Shown in pieces: positions 48,201 through 61,700 of a stretch of 64,000 bases of DNA (its first letter is position 1; every line of letters starts with the position of its first letter). The notes below the pieces were generated by a model. It made no database searches. It saw nothing but the letters and a program-made list of their open reading frames with translations, and was not told where the DNA came from. The stretch lies in contig DF237147.1 in the NCBI GenBank assembly GCA_000708835.1, positions 84,959 to 148,958 on the forward strand. Reading direction: 5' to 3'. A program made the translations under genes and the position numbers. This DNA is from Klebsormidium nitens (taxonomy: Eukaryota; Plantae; Klebsormidiophyceae).

Positions 48201-51200
48201 CTACGAATTTTACGTGTTCATTGAAGTAGTAAAGCTACCAGATGGTTTGTTCCGCTTTCTCTTCGAGTCGCGCTTATCGTCCGCATAACAAGTTTCCCCT
48301 TCTGGAATCGAATTGGTATCAGCACTTTCCGGTTTGAACCTGGAGAAGTGAGTGGGCATGGATATCATTGCCTTTCCGTACGACTGTCTGTTTACTCATA
48401 CCCGTAATGTTCTCCTCTATGCCAGGTGGACATTGCGTGCCGCTTCGTGGAGCACCTCCTCCACGTGCAGCGCACCAACCGCAGCACCGCCGACCGCGCC
48501 GCTGCCCTCCTCTCCCAGCTGGGCGCACTTTCCACTCTTCTCGCGTCCCTGCACTCCAGAACAACTCAAGGCGACGGGGCACCGCTGCCCCCGCAGGCCA
48601 GCACACGCCGCCAGCTGTCACAGCAGAAAGCGCTGCTGGAGGCTCTGCTTTCGTCTCTGACCGAAGTGGAGAGTTTGATCGCAACTGGTCTCGAAGCGGG
48701 AGCTGCGCCAGCGGCAGATGAGGTTGAGACGGGGCCCGCAGCAAACGCCCCGACCGCCCACGATGCGCAGACCGCTCTTGAAACGATACGAGATGCCAAG
48801 GCGGTGCTGCAGCGGAGCAGGGTTGAGCTTCACGCTTTCCTGACCCCCAAGGGTGTTTTGGAAGAAACGAGCGGTGACTGGCCGCTTCTTGTGACGCCAG
48901 CGATGCAAGCCGGCCTCACAAGTAGCGCACATGCGGTTAGAGACATCGTTGGGAAGATCACGGCAGTCATGGGCCCACGTGGGGAAAAAGAAGCTGGGCC
49001 GGTCGGGCGGCCTCCGCTGCCCGGCTGGCAGGCGCTCTCGCCTCTTCTGAGGCAGGGTCTCGAGCTGGCTGACGCTGTCGCAAGCACGGCGGCGGGTTCG
49101 GCCCCCGACAGCGGAGGAGGAGATCAGAAGCGGGGCGGCGAGAGGATGGCCGCTTTCTCGGAGCTCTTTGAGAAAGTGGTGGCGGACGCCTTGGTGGCAG
49201 CCCAAAACGTGAGCCAGGCAGCCAAAGCGGAAAGCGAGCCGGAAGAACAGCTTGGCACAGAAGAAGGAGACGCTGTCGAAGAAGACGAGGAGGCTGCGGA
49301 AGAGGAGTGGGCCTCGGAGGAGACCCTGCAGACGTGGGAGGAGCGCTTCGCCAGTCAGCTTGACAGCTCGAGGCTCGAGAGGCTCGCCGCTTCGACTCGC
49401 GAGCTGGTTTCGCTGGCGAGTGACGTGGCGGAGGCGCCGGCGGGTCGAGACGACTTCGTTCGGGTGCAAGCCATGCTGGCGCGACTGCAGCCTCTGCTGG
49501 AAATGCTTCGCGCGGCGGGGCTGCGGGTTTTAGCGGACCAGGCCGCGTTCAGCAAATCGGTGGCGAAGTTGGGGTATGTTCTGGCGAATCTGTTTGCGGG
49601 GCTGTTCCGGGAAGGGTTCTGCGGGGCGAAAGAAGAGAGCGGAGCCGAGGGCGCGACCAATTTCGAAGACGCAGAAGGGATGGGGATGGGTGCTGGGGAA
49701 GGGCAGAAGGATGTGAGTGATCAGATTGAGAATGAGGATCAGCTGCTGGGGAATAAGGGGGACGAGGAGGAGGGGGAGAAGACGGGCGAGAAGAAGAAGG
49801 GGGACGAAAAAGTGAAGGGCGTGGAGATGGAAGAAGATTTCGAGGGGGAGATGCTGGACCTGTCGGAGGACGAGGAGCAAGAGGGAGACGAGGAAGAGGA
49901 GGGGGACGAGAAAGAAGAGCGGCTGGACGAGAAGATGGGCGAAGCAGGTAGGTGCCGGAAGTCTTTCCGGCTTTTCTGAGTAGGGCGCTTGGAACCTCGT
50001 CTTGAACTCTGAAAGTGACGCTAAAGTTTTGCGAGCAAGCAAGCCTTGTGCTCACATTCTGAGGCTATTGTCGTCCAGAGACGGTTGAGAAGGATCGAAT
50101 GTTCATCGGAAGACTTTCAATGTCGGCCAAAGACGGTATGATTGTTTGCTCCTTCGGCTCGGCCACCCTTATTTTTTGAACGATCGCAGTATGATTTGAA
50201 AAGGTTCTCACTCTGACATGTGCTGTTGTGTGCAGGGGAGGATGACGACATCGTGGATGAGAAGCTGTGGGGCGACGACGACAAGGAGGACGAGCAGGGC
50301 AAGCAGGAGCAGGAGAAGTACGAGAAGGACGCGCCCATGAGCGGAGCGGAACAGGAGGACCTCGAATACCGGGGCAAGGAAGAAGAAGGGGAGGAAGGGA
50401 AAGACGAAGAGCAGAACCGCGGGAAAAAGGAGCAGAAAAAGGAAGAGAAAGAGGCGGAGAAAGAAGGCGGGGAAGAAGGGGGAGAAGAGGAGCGAGGGGA
50501 AGACGAAGGGGAAATCAATGTGGATAGTGAGGACAAGTACGAGGAGTCGCACGGGCTGAAGGCCGAGAAGGAGGAAGAGTTGGAGTTGCCGGAGGATATG
50601 AACCTGGACGGGGGGGAGGAAAAGGAGGAGGAAGAAGGGGGGGGAGACGGGGAGGAGACAGCACCGGAAGTAGAGGGGACGGAGCAGGACGGAGGAAAGG
50701 AGAAGAAAGAGGGGGATGCGGAAGAAGAGGCCGGTGGGGATGGAGAAGAGGCACCGGGCGTGGAAGAGCCTGCTTCAGATGAGGGCGAAGGGGAGGAAAA
50801 CGAGGAGGGGGAAAAGAAAGCCGAGGAAGAAGGGCAGGAGGCGCGTGCCGAGGAAGATGGGGGAGAAGGAGAAGGGGCCAAGGAAGAGGAAGAGTTGCGC
50901 ATGCAGCAACTGCAGCATGAGGAGGAACTAGAGACGGGCCCGGTAGCGATGCAGGAGCAAGTGGAGAGTGCCTGGCAGGGCGCCCCCCAGGAGCGGAAAG
51001 CGGAGCAGTCCGTCGGCGTGAAGGGGGGCACAGACGGGCAGGAAATGACGGGGGGGGACGAGGAGGCGGAGGAAAATGCAGGAGGAGGGGCGTCCGAGCA
51101 GCGCCAGACGGGGGGGGCGCAGCAGATGGACAAGGGGGAACGGAACGTGAGGCAGGAAGAAAGTGGGGGAGGTGAAAAGAAGAAAAGGCAGGAGCGGCTG

Positions 51201-53944
51201 GAAGCGAACCCGTACCGATCTGCCGGAGATGCGCTGCGGCAGTGGAAGGAGCGGGTGCGGATGGTCGGGGATCAGACGAAAGAGGGGGGGGAGGAGCAGC
51301 CCGAGGGGCAAGGAGAAGAGGAGGGGGGGGACCAAGAAGAGGGGGCCGGCAAGGAGGAAGGGGACATGGATGCGGAGTACGAGTATGTGGCCAACAAAGA
51401 GGAGGCCACCGCACAGGTGAGGAGGTTCGATTTATGTACGTTCTGGACAGCGGTCACGTGCCTGCCTCTACAGTACCAGAGCATGTGCGGGCTGCTGAAC
51501 TGAAAGCGTGTTCCTGCGCATGTGAGGTCGTATTTTACATCCTCTAAGTGACGAGAAGAAAGCCTGTCCTGTCGCGATAGCGTGCTTCGTGGGAGTACTG
51601 CGTCGAGCAGCTTACGATGTTTTGCAATATATCCGCAGGCCCTCGGCGCAGCCACCGACGATCAGGCGGCCGCCGAGAAGCGCGACGCGGACCAGAACGG
51701 CGACGACATGGACGAAGACGCCGAGGAAGCGCGCGCGCCGGAACTGGACGAACCCGAGCCGGAGCCGGAAGCAACGGAACCCCCGGCGGCGTCCGCTGCC
51801 AAAAGTCGCAAAGCCGACCGGAAGAAGGCGCTCGATTCCCGGCCCCTAGACGAGAACGCTGAGCTGGCAGAAGGGAGCGAAGACGAAGAGGGGATCGACT
51901 GGCTGCCCGAGGACCAGTCGGAGGAGGCGTTCGACGAGAGCAGAATGGCGCGCGCGTTTGAGCAGCAGGCGACGCTGAAGAGCCTGGTTGGGGAGGAAGA
52001 GGACGCGGAGCGGAGTTTGGAAATGCAGCCGCTGACGGAAGAGGAGCTGCGGCAGATGCGGGACGACCTGGAGCGGAAGCTGCGCGAGGCGCAGGAGATG
52101 GGCGGGCCGGAGGGGGCCGCCAAAGCCGCGGCGCTCTGGAGACGGTAAGGACAGCATCCGCTGTTCTGCGTGATATGTCTACCTGGTTCATCCAAGTCAG
52201 TTGGAACGGAGTATAGACGTGAGACAGACCGAGAGTGTGCGTCTTTTTTCAAGCCACTATCACGGCCCTTCGCGAGTGGTCCTTGGACACTTGCCGCATT
52301 TCTTGTACTTCACCCTAGCTGCGAAAGCCCGGGCCGCAGTTGGTGGATACGACGACCTGTGGCTACTCAGCAGGTTGTGGCCACAGCGATAATAAAAACC
52401 AGAGTTGAGCCTTCACCTCGCACGTGTGCGCTGCGCAGGTACGAGGTGCTGACGTCACGGCTGAGCCAGGAGCTGACGGAGCAGCTGCGGCTGATTCTGG
52501 AGCCGACGCTGGCGAGCAAGCTGCAGGGCGACTACCGGTCGGGCAAGCGCATCAACATGAAGAAGGTCATCCCCTACATCGCCAGCCAGTTCCGCAAGGA
52601 CAAGATCTGGCTGCGCAGGACCAAGCCCAACAAGCGCCAGTACCAGGTGAGAGTCGCTGGGGAGAGCCGGCCGCCGAATGTTCAGAATGTGGATCGGGAC
52701 GGCTTGCTTTGCCATTTGAATCTGCATGAATCTTGTGGACGTGAGGCTGAACATTGCTCGGCTCCCAAGATCTGTTTCGATCAACAGGACGACCTGTTAA
52801 CACGGGCACCGAGGCTCCCGCAGTTTTGCCGTTCTTGTCGAAGATGTCTTTGTCTCAGATGTCAGGTGCTCGTTCGACGTGCTTGTAGTCCGGCGTTGCC
52901 TCTCGCCCCCTTCCTGACAGCCCCTTTCTGTCGACAGGTAGTGATTGCCATCGACGACTCGCGCAGCATGGGCGAGAGCCGGTGCGGCCACCTGGCGCTC
53001 GAGGCCTCCGTTGCGCTGTGCCGCGCCATGACCCAGCTCGAGGTGGGCGAGATGGCCGTCGTCAGCTTCGGGGCACGTGGCAACACGCGGTTGGTCCACC
53101 CGTTTGAGCGCCCGTTCACGGACGAGGCGGGCGCTGCGGTTCTGTCGCAGTTCTCGTTCCGGCAGGACAACACCATTGCCGACGAGCCCGTCGTGGATCT
53201 GCTGCGCTTCCTGGGGGGAGTGCTCGAGAGCGCGCGCGCGCGTGTGGCACGGAGCGCGGCCGGGGGCGCCAACCAGCTGCAGCAGCTCGTGCTCATCATC
53301 GCGGACGGCAGGTTCCACGAAAAGGTGCGCGTGCCAACTTCGATCCGCGCTGTTGGCTGGTCTGGTGACCTTTTCAACCACAAGGCCGATGATATCATCT
53401 CACTGCGCCGACAGCCCTTCGTAAGCATCTCGAAGAAGGGTGGCGCCTAATTCAGGCCGAGGGCGCTTTACGCACCTTGGCGATTGCAGACAAAGTTGCT
53501 ATGGGAACTTTTCAAAATGGTTGTCCAGAGCTTCTAGAATGTTTCCCGTCGCCAGAAGTCCTTCTTTGCGTCCTTGTCCTTTTTCTGGTTTCGATTCGCG
53601 GGCGCTTCTGGTGGTTGAGACGGGCTGCCATCCTTCGACGTGGCTGACCTGGTGCCGCCTTCTAACCGCAGGAGAGTTTGAAGCGGTGCATCCGCGAGGC
53701 GCAGCGGGCGCACCAGCTGCTGGCGTTCCTGATCCTGGACAACCCGCAGCCGGGGCGGCAGGAGTCCATCCTGGACATGCAGACGGTGTCGTTCGCGGGC
53801 GGCGCGCCCAGCTTCTCCAAGTACCTCGACACCTTCCCCTTCCCGTACTACATCCTGCTGCGGGACGCAGCGGCGCTGCCGCGAACGCTGGGCGACCTCC
53901 TGCGGCAGTGGTACGAGATGAGCCAGCGCCTGGAGGCGAACTGA
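27294..53944 (+). CDS. MDN1: Midasin (Rea1) AAA+ ATPase for 60S biogenesis, 27 exons, about 5931 aa
   Basis: Exons 27294-27401, 27727-28418, 28670-30167, 30433-31278, 31540-32052, 32335-32526, 33166-33418, 33726-33919, 34204-34490, 34745-35159, 35777-36025, 36335-36491, 36755-36831, 37039-37695, 38255-38938, 39142-42260, 42558-45036, 45388-45891, 46230-46524, 47305-47557, 47877-48123, 48426-49947, 50236-51416, 51639-52144, 52439-52646, 52938-53324 and 53672-53944, all phase-compatible (17796 nt). Six Walker A motifs (GPPGAGKS, GETGTGKT, GPTSSGKT, GETGAGKT, GSPGVGKT, GGPASGKT), a long linker, a D/E-rich tract and a C-terminal MIDAS domain (DDSRSM...IIADGRFHE). Confidence 0.98.
46863..46969 (+). 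ncRNA. Intronic box C/D snoRNA, snR63/SNORD46(U40/U46)-like, predicted to guide 2'-O-methylation of the LSU rRNA A equivalent to yeast A2256
   Basis: C box GTGATGA 46870-46876 and D box CTGA 46960-46963, closed by the terminal stem AAGCCC/GGGCTT (extended by TCGTGCA/TGCACGA). The guide GTCATAGTTACT(C) at 46948-46960 is the reverse complement of the conserved LSU sequence GAGUAACUAUGAC. It sits in MDN1 intron 19, in the sense orientation. Confidence 0.9.
47607..47764 (+). ncRNA. Possible H/ACA-like structured RNA in MDN1 intron 20 (tentative)
   Basis: Hairpin TCTGATG/CATCAGA with lower stem AGGCGT/ACGTCT, an ANANNA motif AGATCA at 47655-47660, a second stem ACGTGAATGG/CCATTCACGT and ACA at 47759-47761. 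Spacing is not canonical and no target was recognised. Confidence 0.25.
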
Positions 53945-54925
53945 GCGGGGGGACAGCCGAAAGTGTAGGGTCGTTTCGGGACCCTTTGACAGCAGATGAC
54001 TGATACGAGATGTAGAGAAGCCGCATGGAAAGTCTGTCGGTTTTCCAGATGTGAAAGAGTCGCAAGAGCGGGGTGAATTTGGGGTGGGCTAGGAGTAGGT
54101 CGTAGAAACTGTACATGCGTTAGGCAGATCAAGCTCGCGAATGGATCGGTCGCAAGGTGTCCAGTGTGATTAGCGAAGGTAGATGGTCGTCCTGGGCAGA
54201 GTAAACCGCCTGTGCTGCTCCTGGCAGCTTCCCGCAGCAAGTCAAATAGAAGCACGTCCCTTTGGTCCTTCAGCTTTGCTCCTGCGAGCAGCTATACTCT
54301 CAGAGCCTTCTCGATCGGCCGGCAGCTAGGGATGCTTCGAGTTACGAACAGCTAGTGTGCTTATGCCAGCTGCAACGTTGGTAGGAAAAAGGTTCCCTGT
54401 TCCAGCTTCACAAAGATCGTATCTCCTAACGCAAATTTCAATCAAGGCCGTAAAGGGCATCAGCAATATTGCCCCCACCTCCATTCTGATCTTCTTTACG
54501 GATAAACATGTATGATTCAGCCCTGACAATCATGATGCGCTGGGGCCAACATTCTGATTTCGCACATGAGCAGCCGCCTCACACGCCATGCTGAGCAAGT
54601 AGGCTGGACCCCAGGGGGCCAGTGCTTGGTAACGGTTGCTCTAACCACAAATTCTGAATTTCAGTGTTACTCGCTTCTGGGTAGTTGGGTGCCAGAACTT
54701 AAGAACTTCCTCGTAACCATTATCGAGCATCAGTGCGGCCGCCAAGGTGGAGAATAGCCGTCTTCTGCGGTTCGCTCTAGTTATTAGCTCCTTCCGCAAT
54801 GCTGTCAATCTCAAAGCGTTGAGGGTGGGCCCTTCAAATGGTGTGCAAAGAAAGGCGCCTCTTGTCCCGGAGCAACATGCAGCTCGAGTCCTCCAGAGTG
54901 CCTGCTTTCTGATGTCAATTCTCTG

Positions 54926-57467
54926 ATGGCCTTCCGGGTGGCAGCTTCTGTTGGCACCAGAGCTTGTGGTTGCAAAATCCGAGTGACGACCTGCGCCCTG
55001 GATGTAGGCCAGAGAGTTTTATCCCCAGCAGGGTTGCCGCCTTCAAGGCATCTCAATCGCTCCAGCAAGATCTACAGGACTGGGCAGCCAGGGCAGCATT
55101 CTCCAAAAGTCGAGCCATCCCTACAGGCGAGACTTGAGGAAGGCGGGAAAAGTCTTCTCTTTAGTGGCAGTCATCACAAGACAGCAGAACTGGGGTGCAA
55201 AGTTGGGAGCAGAACCTGGCACTCGCGCAGTGGAGCTGACCAAATGGTGGTGAACACCGCTGAGCAGGAATCTACCAAGAGGAAGCTGCCTGTCCTCCTG
55301 TTCGACGTGATGGTGGGTTCTTCCATTCAAGAGCATTCCAGAATAGTCATATGCACTTCACTCGTCCAGTTAGAGAACAATGCCTCTGCAACTGAATGGA
55401 TCTGCCCCATCATCATCCTTCAATGGAACCGGAGCAGAGCTGAATACACCAAATTTTGAGCTTGCAACGAGACAACATAAGCTTGTCTAAGTAAGCTAGT
55501 GTTGTGCTGCCTCCTGTCACTGTGTGAAAGCCTGAATGTGCTTACTTTCGAATGATGCACTGATGACTTGCTCAATCTGCCATGGCAGGATACCTTGATA
55601 CGGGACCCTTTCTATGAGGATATGCCCAAGTTCTTCAAGTGAGTTCTCCATCTCTTCTTGGCTTTAACGCCGTAGTAAAAGCCTCCAGAACTGTGTAAAA
55701 CAGTGCGTTGTTCCTTCGAACAGCGGCCTCGACTGAAGCAGCTTTTTGAGATATAGTGATGGTGGAAGTGGAGTGTCGGGGGTCCTTTCGAAGATTGACT
55801 CGTTTGTGTGAAGTAATCCAAGCCCAGGCAAAGGGGTTTCTGTTGATTGCAGCTTCAACTGCCACTACGTATACCAAGACTTTTGCTTTGATCACGCTTT
55901 GAGGGCCTTCAATCAAAGTGTCCTGTGCTTGAAAGGGCTCGTTATTCTGTCCAGCAGCACGGAGTTGCCATCATCCTCCGACTATTGAACGGAGCGCTTC
56001 AACTGACTTTCATCCTCTTCTCGAACTCGTTGCCCAATGCTGAGTCATTCTCCACACATGTAGGTTGACTTTGAAAGAGTTGTTTGCGGTCAAGCATCCG
56101 ACCGCATGGATTGAGTTTGAGACGGGGTTGATCTCAGAGGTAAGTTGAGGCCAAGCGCGAGCTCGCCGCATCAAGCGCGGTATGTTCTACGATTTTCTAC
56201 GCAGCGGGGACGTGGTTGGAAGTTGAGTGGAAGTACTGGCGGCTTGTAAGCGGCTGTTATGTAAGCGTTGGTTTCTGTGAGGTCAGGTATCCACTCGTTT
56301 GTCACCACAAGGCCTGACCTTGATGACGATTTTTATCACAGGGAGAGCTCCTCAGCAAGTTCTTTAAGGACGGCAGGGACTTCGATTTGACGGGTAAGTC
56401 AAGTCATTTCTAAGATTTGCTGCGTTGGAGGTTTGTCCTTTTTGCTGCGCAAGCCTTTATAGAAGGAGTTTGAAGCAGACTCTGGCGGACAAAGTGAAGC
56501 AGATTCTGGCTGAAAACGCGAAGTGGATTCTATATTCTTGACGTTCCCCTTAAGAACCCCTTGACTCTAACACGCCAGGATAGACAATCGAAGTTGCAAG
56601 CTTGACCCAAGTCGGGAGTACTTTGATTGGAATCCGGTCTTGTCCTCATAGGTAGGCAAGGCAGGTTCCTGGTCAAAGTCGAAGGCAGACTTCAAAAAAC
56701 GTTGACATCTTGTCCACTATTCGTGTTACTCAGGCTTGAAGGACTGCGCCTATGAAGGCTACCGGTGGATCGAAGGGTGCGAAGATCTGTTGCGAAGGGT
56801 TCAGGAAGCTGGGTACGAAGCTCATGCGTTCACAAACTATCCACACTGGTGAGCAAAGGAGGCCCCTTTTACTTTTCTTTCGTGAAGCTTCTCATATATC
56901 TTTCTAGCCGGTGAAGACAGAGGACTGTAGTTCTCCTGGACATCCTTCTCCTGATACAGTTTGTTGGTGGCCTGATGCTGACTCCAAATATTTTTGATCA
57001 TGATAGGTACAAAATGATCGAAGAGAAGCTGTCACTCTCGAGATACCTGGACTGGACGTTCGTCTCTTGCCACACAGGTTCGTGTCCCCGGATCAGTATC
57101 TGACGTGTGCACACCCTTCGCCGATTGAGGATTCGTAGTGATGTACGTCGATCTTAGTTTTTGCAGTTGTCCGTGCTCGTTGTGTCCTCACTCTCTTGGC
57201 CCTTTTAGATTCACATGCGCTGGCTTTTCTGCAAATGCAGGGCGAAGGAAACCTGACTTGGAGGCCTTCATGGAAGCAGCCACGACACTTGGATTGGAAC
57301 CACAGGATTGTGTCTTCATCGACGATCGGTTGAAGAACGTAGAAGCCGCACAGGCAGTAGGTATGGCAGGTATCCTCTTTGAAAGTGCTTCGTCGTTAGA
57401 AGTAGAGCTAGAGAAACTGGGGATAAGTCTAGAGTCGCAACCGCTTCAACCTTCGTTACCCTTATGA
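54926..57467 (+). CDS. HAD-superfamily hydrolase, chloroplast FMN hydrolase (FHY1-like)
   Basis: Seven exons starting 54926-55312, 55589-55638, 56064-56139 and 56342-56393, ending at TGA 57467. Motifs RKLPVLLFDVMDTLIRDPFY, KHPTAWIEFETG, HAFTNYPHW, RRKPD and CVFIDDRLKNVEAA, plus an N-terminal transit-like extension. Confidence 0.88.
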
Positions 57468-58721
57468 TACTACCGAGTCAGTCAATTCTTAGAAACTTAT
57501 AATGCTTGTGGGCCCTGCAGTAGTAGCTGCAGCGCTCAGCACCTTCTTCGAAGGGGCCTTATCGGAAATGCAACGCAAGTAAGCTACTGCCATGCAACCG
57601 TCGTGGCGGCATGAATATATAGCATCTTTAAATGGATCGACCTGGTTCTCGTTTGATTTAGCATATGCATGTATGAAACTGTGGAATGATCATAGAGTTC
57701 AAACTGGTTTAGTAAATGCAGCCGTGCAGAATTTTGGAGGTCATTTGGGTCGGGGATCTTCGATCTCAAGTTGAGCATGAATGCTATAGGCCGGGGGGCA
57801 GCCGATTAGAGCACACGTATCAATGATGCTCCCACGCGCGTTTTTAACTGCATGGTAGATATGAATGATGCTCACACTGGTGGCACACGTGCATGTGCAT
57901 CATGACATGATGCACTGAGCACATGTGAGCAATTGGCTTAAGCATTATTATCGACATTTAATGATTTGTGCAAATCTAGTACGGTAACACTACCGTACAT
58001 TCCAGGAGTTGAGCTATGGGTCCGACAGTTCGAATTTCTGTGATGAATTGATCCGCGTGTTCCGGCAGCCTACCGCGGCTGCATATTTAACTTAGAGCAT
58101 GCACCTATCACATAGTCCACATCCGTGTGGACCCTGCAGCAGAAAGGCTGCGCAAACTATCAAAGTGAGCCGTACTCAGTCTAGTTTGACTTATAGCCGG
58201 GTACAGTGAACCAGTCTGATCGAATGTCAGTCATTATGACGATATAAACGGCAGTGCCCCAGTCAAGCCAACCTGTGACTGTGGACTCGTAGTTAACGAG
58301 GAATACACCTTTGGATCCTATTCTCGTCTGTGGACACGTGTCCAATCCGGTTCAATGTTTGCTGCCCACCATGATGGACGGAAACTACTACACTAATTCC
58401 CAAACGCGGCTCAGCTCATCTCAGTAATGCTCGACGCCATGTGCTTGTAAAAGGGGCTTCAGGAAAACGCCCTTGAAGACCATCGTTATAACCTTAAGGT
58501 GAAAGTTTTTTCGATCTAGAAGATGCAATTCAACCAGAAATCAAGACGTCGACATTGTTTGAGATGCATCACCTTCGTCGAGAAAAGAGGGCGCAAATTG
58601 TCTTTGAGTTTCTAACCCCATCAGTTCAAGTTCTCGAACCTGACCTGTGTTCTAATCAGATGTAGCTGCCTCGCTGTGCTACAAGCTCTCTCTATGATGT
58701 CAAAGACTGGTGACTTTCGAC

Positions 58722-61700
58722 CTAGTTGAGCTTTCCGAGTTCCATCTTCTTTTTTATGACTTTATGGCCATGATAGACGAAGGCATCAATTATACCCGAT
58801 ACCGTGAAGACACCTGGAAAGCAGAGACAGCAAACGCATGAGTTACGGCTGCAGAAGCTTCCGTCCCTTAATAAACAGAATTGCCAGCATTTGCAAAGGA
58901 CGATCCCGTCAATTCAGGTGCCCTCTTCGCGATGATTGACTCTTTGACTTTCTTCGTGGACTGACAGCGCCCTCGTAAGAACGACTGGTGATTGAAAAGA
59001 GAAAAAGATTGAAAAGAGCGGCGACAGAGTCAAAGCTCTGACTGGCCCCTTACCTCCGACGATTGCACACACGTTGGTCACAAAGTGCAGGAAAGACTGC
59101 CTCTGCTCCGTGAACTTCACCTGCAGAGGTAACAAGGAATTTGTTACAACCAGGTCACAAACGCATTTCCCAAGGACACAGGCAGCGCAAGATTCATTCT
59201 TTCCGCAAGACTCACATTAAACCACCAGACAAGCTGGAAGCAACCACGGAAACAAGCAGGCACAGCTTTGTACCATAATATCCTCTATTTTCGTAAGACG
59301 GCCTTGTCTTGAGCGGCCGACACGACAGCTGGGCCCCCGCCGATCGTCTCACCTTGATGGGTGACAGGTCGTAGAAGAAGAAGACCCCCGGCAGGCTCCT
59401 GCCGGAAGCCACCTCCTGTTCTCTGAAGTGCTCCGTGACCGAAAACTGCACGGCATCAATTGAAGCTTCTCATTGCGAGTCCAGTTTTGGCTCTGTTTAG
59501 AAACCGCGTGGATCGTTTGGGACAACGATTGGTAGGAGACGAAACGGTCAACCTCGAACCGTCCGCTTGAAAGGAACTGGTTCTTGCGAGGGTATCGAGG
59601 CTGACCTGGTTGGTCGAGATGACGTGGCCGCTGAGGTCAGTGTAGATGGTCGGGACGACCTTGATGAAGTACTGGTACATCCCGCCGTCAGCCTCCTGGA
59701 TGCGACGGACACTGCAACAACCAGACGTCCCAACCCTGTCACCAGTAGCATGCGACTTGCTAACGAAGTCGTAGAATCGCGTCGGAATCTAGTGCGAAAG
59801 ACTGTGGCGGCGTCTCAGTCCTTCGAGATGCTGAAATCTTCATTATGTCTGTTCTTGCAGCGGGTGCTTCCAAACGACTAAGGAATTGTTTGCACAACAA
59901 CGGCACCATGACCCTACTTTCTGCCATTAACCATACATCAAACTGCTTGAGGAGCGTCATTCATAAGGCGTTCTTACGAATACCTGTTTGGAACATTATG
60001 AAGGACATTCAGGGGGAAACGTCTCGAAAGCTCGTATATACATTCCTAAAGTCACTCACTTATCCAGGGGATGTACAACGCCTGGGTAATCGGCTCCGAA
60101 ACTGAGCTTGTTGATGATGTGACTGACCTGCATTCCAAAGAAAGGCAAACGGCTTGATTTTGACCTTAGAAGCCTCTTCACAAATTGGTATGATGGAAAT
60201 TCACAGGCAATTGGTAACAGGAAATACGAAGCCCCTGAGGGCATAACAAATTCATCGAATCGAGCAATACCACTTACTGCACCCTAATTCAGAAAAGAAA
60301 GCGGACACCAAGCGAACGGATCTGGATCATGTATGCAAAGCAGGCTTAGGCAGCTTGGAAACTCAAGCCTGGTGTCTTCTGTCAACAGAGGTGTGGCACT
60401 CACGTTGAACTTCTGCGAGGCAAACGGCATGAGGTCGTGGACGTGCATGTGCGCCTGCTGGAAGCTCTTGCCGGGCGCAAAATGGAAGTTGCCAGCCACC
60501 TTGTTCACCTGCGACAGGATGCTGGTTTAATTAGCTGACCGCGAGGCAATCAATCCTTCTGTCCCAGCTTGTTCCAGGATGCGATAGGACTTCCCCAGCT
60601 ATCAACGAGAAACACGTCCGGTTTGAACTCCGGTTTCCACCTTCTTCATCCACCTTCTTACAAACCCTGTAAGATAGTGGCTGAGCGCTTCGGAGCAGAT
60701 AATCTTGATGTCTACCTGGTTTCCAAAGATGAGGCGTTGGGCTTCCCAACAGAGGTCCTCACCTCGAGATAGCCGTACACATTGCAGCCTTCCCCTTCCT
60801 GCTCCTTCAGCTTCTCGACGAAGCCCTCCCTAGAGCACTGCAATAACGTCAAAAGGTTCAGCACCACAGAGAAGCAATATTACTGATTACGATTCGATCC
60901 ACCAGAAAACTGACCAGCATACCTTATTGTTGAAGTAATTGTGTACCGGTGTGTCGCATCCAGTGAGCAGTTTGCTGCAGCTGCTGAAAGTAGCACACGG
61001 ACGTACCTGCTCAATGAGCTCTGCATTCGAGAACGCCCAGCCCTTCCGTCGGTAGGCCTCCCTGACCTCCTCACAGGTGTTGCAGCAGTCTTCGGCGTTC
61101 TGCACAAGAAGCACGCAAGCCCTAAGACAGATGCGTCTGAGCAATCCGTTGACATTCAGCAGCTCACGGCGCCTGGGACGTTCAGGCGCAGTTGCCACCA
61201 CCCAATAGGGCAAGTGATGCCCGAGAAGAAAGGGGCGAATGACATGTCACAGGATGATGCGAGGTACGTCCAACCGAAAGCACTGACAGCAGTGAGTGCA
61301 AAATGTGTCTGGAAGCAGTCTTGTTTGAGTCAGACGTTGCCAGGAACAGGAGCGAAAGCTGCTGTTTTCAAGCTTACCTCTTCGGCACCCCAACAGCTGC
61401 CACAGTATGCAGGGCCCCCCTCGCTCTCCTTCACTTTTACCTCCCCAGTCTGGACCTGGAAAATGCACAAGATAGATACATAGATAGAGACTCTCAAAGG
61501 AAACACACACATGGCCCGCAAACGCGTGTTGATCCGCATATCTGAAGCCCCAAAGTCAGGGATGGATAGCATCAGAGGGCAATGGCGCCTTTTTCTATTC
61601 ATTTACAACCACAACCCTCTGATAAGTGATTAGGCTAAGCGCTGCGATTGGCCAAGAACCACTTATGAAGTCCTCTTCTGTCTTACCTTAGGCCCACCAA

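Noticed and set aside
50236-51416. 1.2-kb purine-rich tract with G runs (G4/triplex potential)
   Set aside because: It is fully explained by the Glu/Gly/Lys codons of the known midasin D/E-rich domain.
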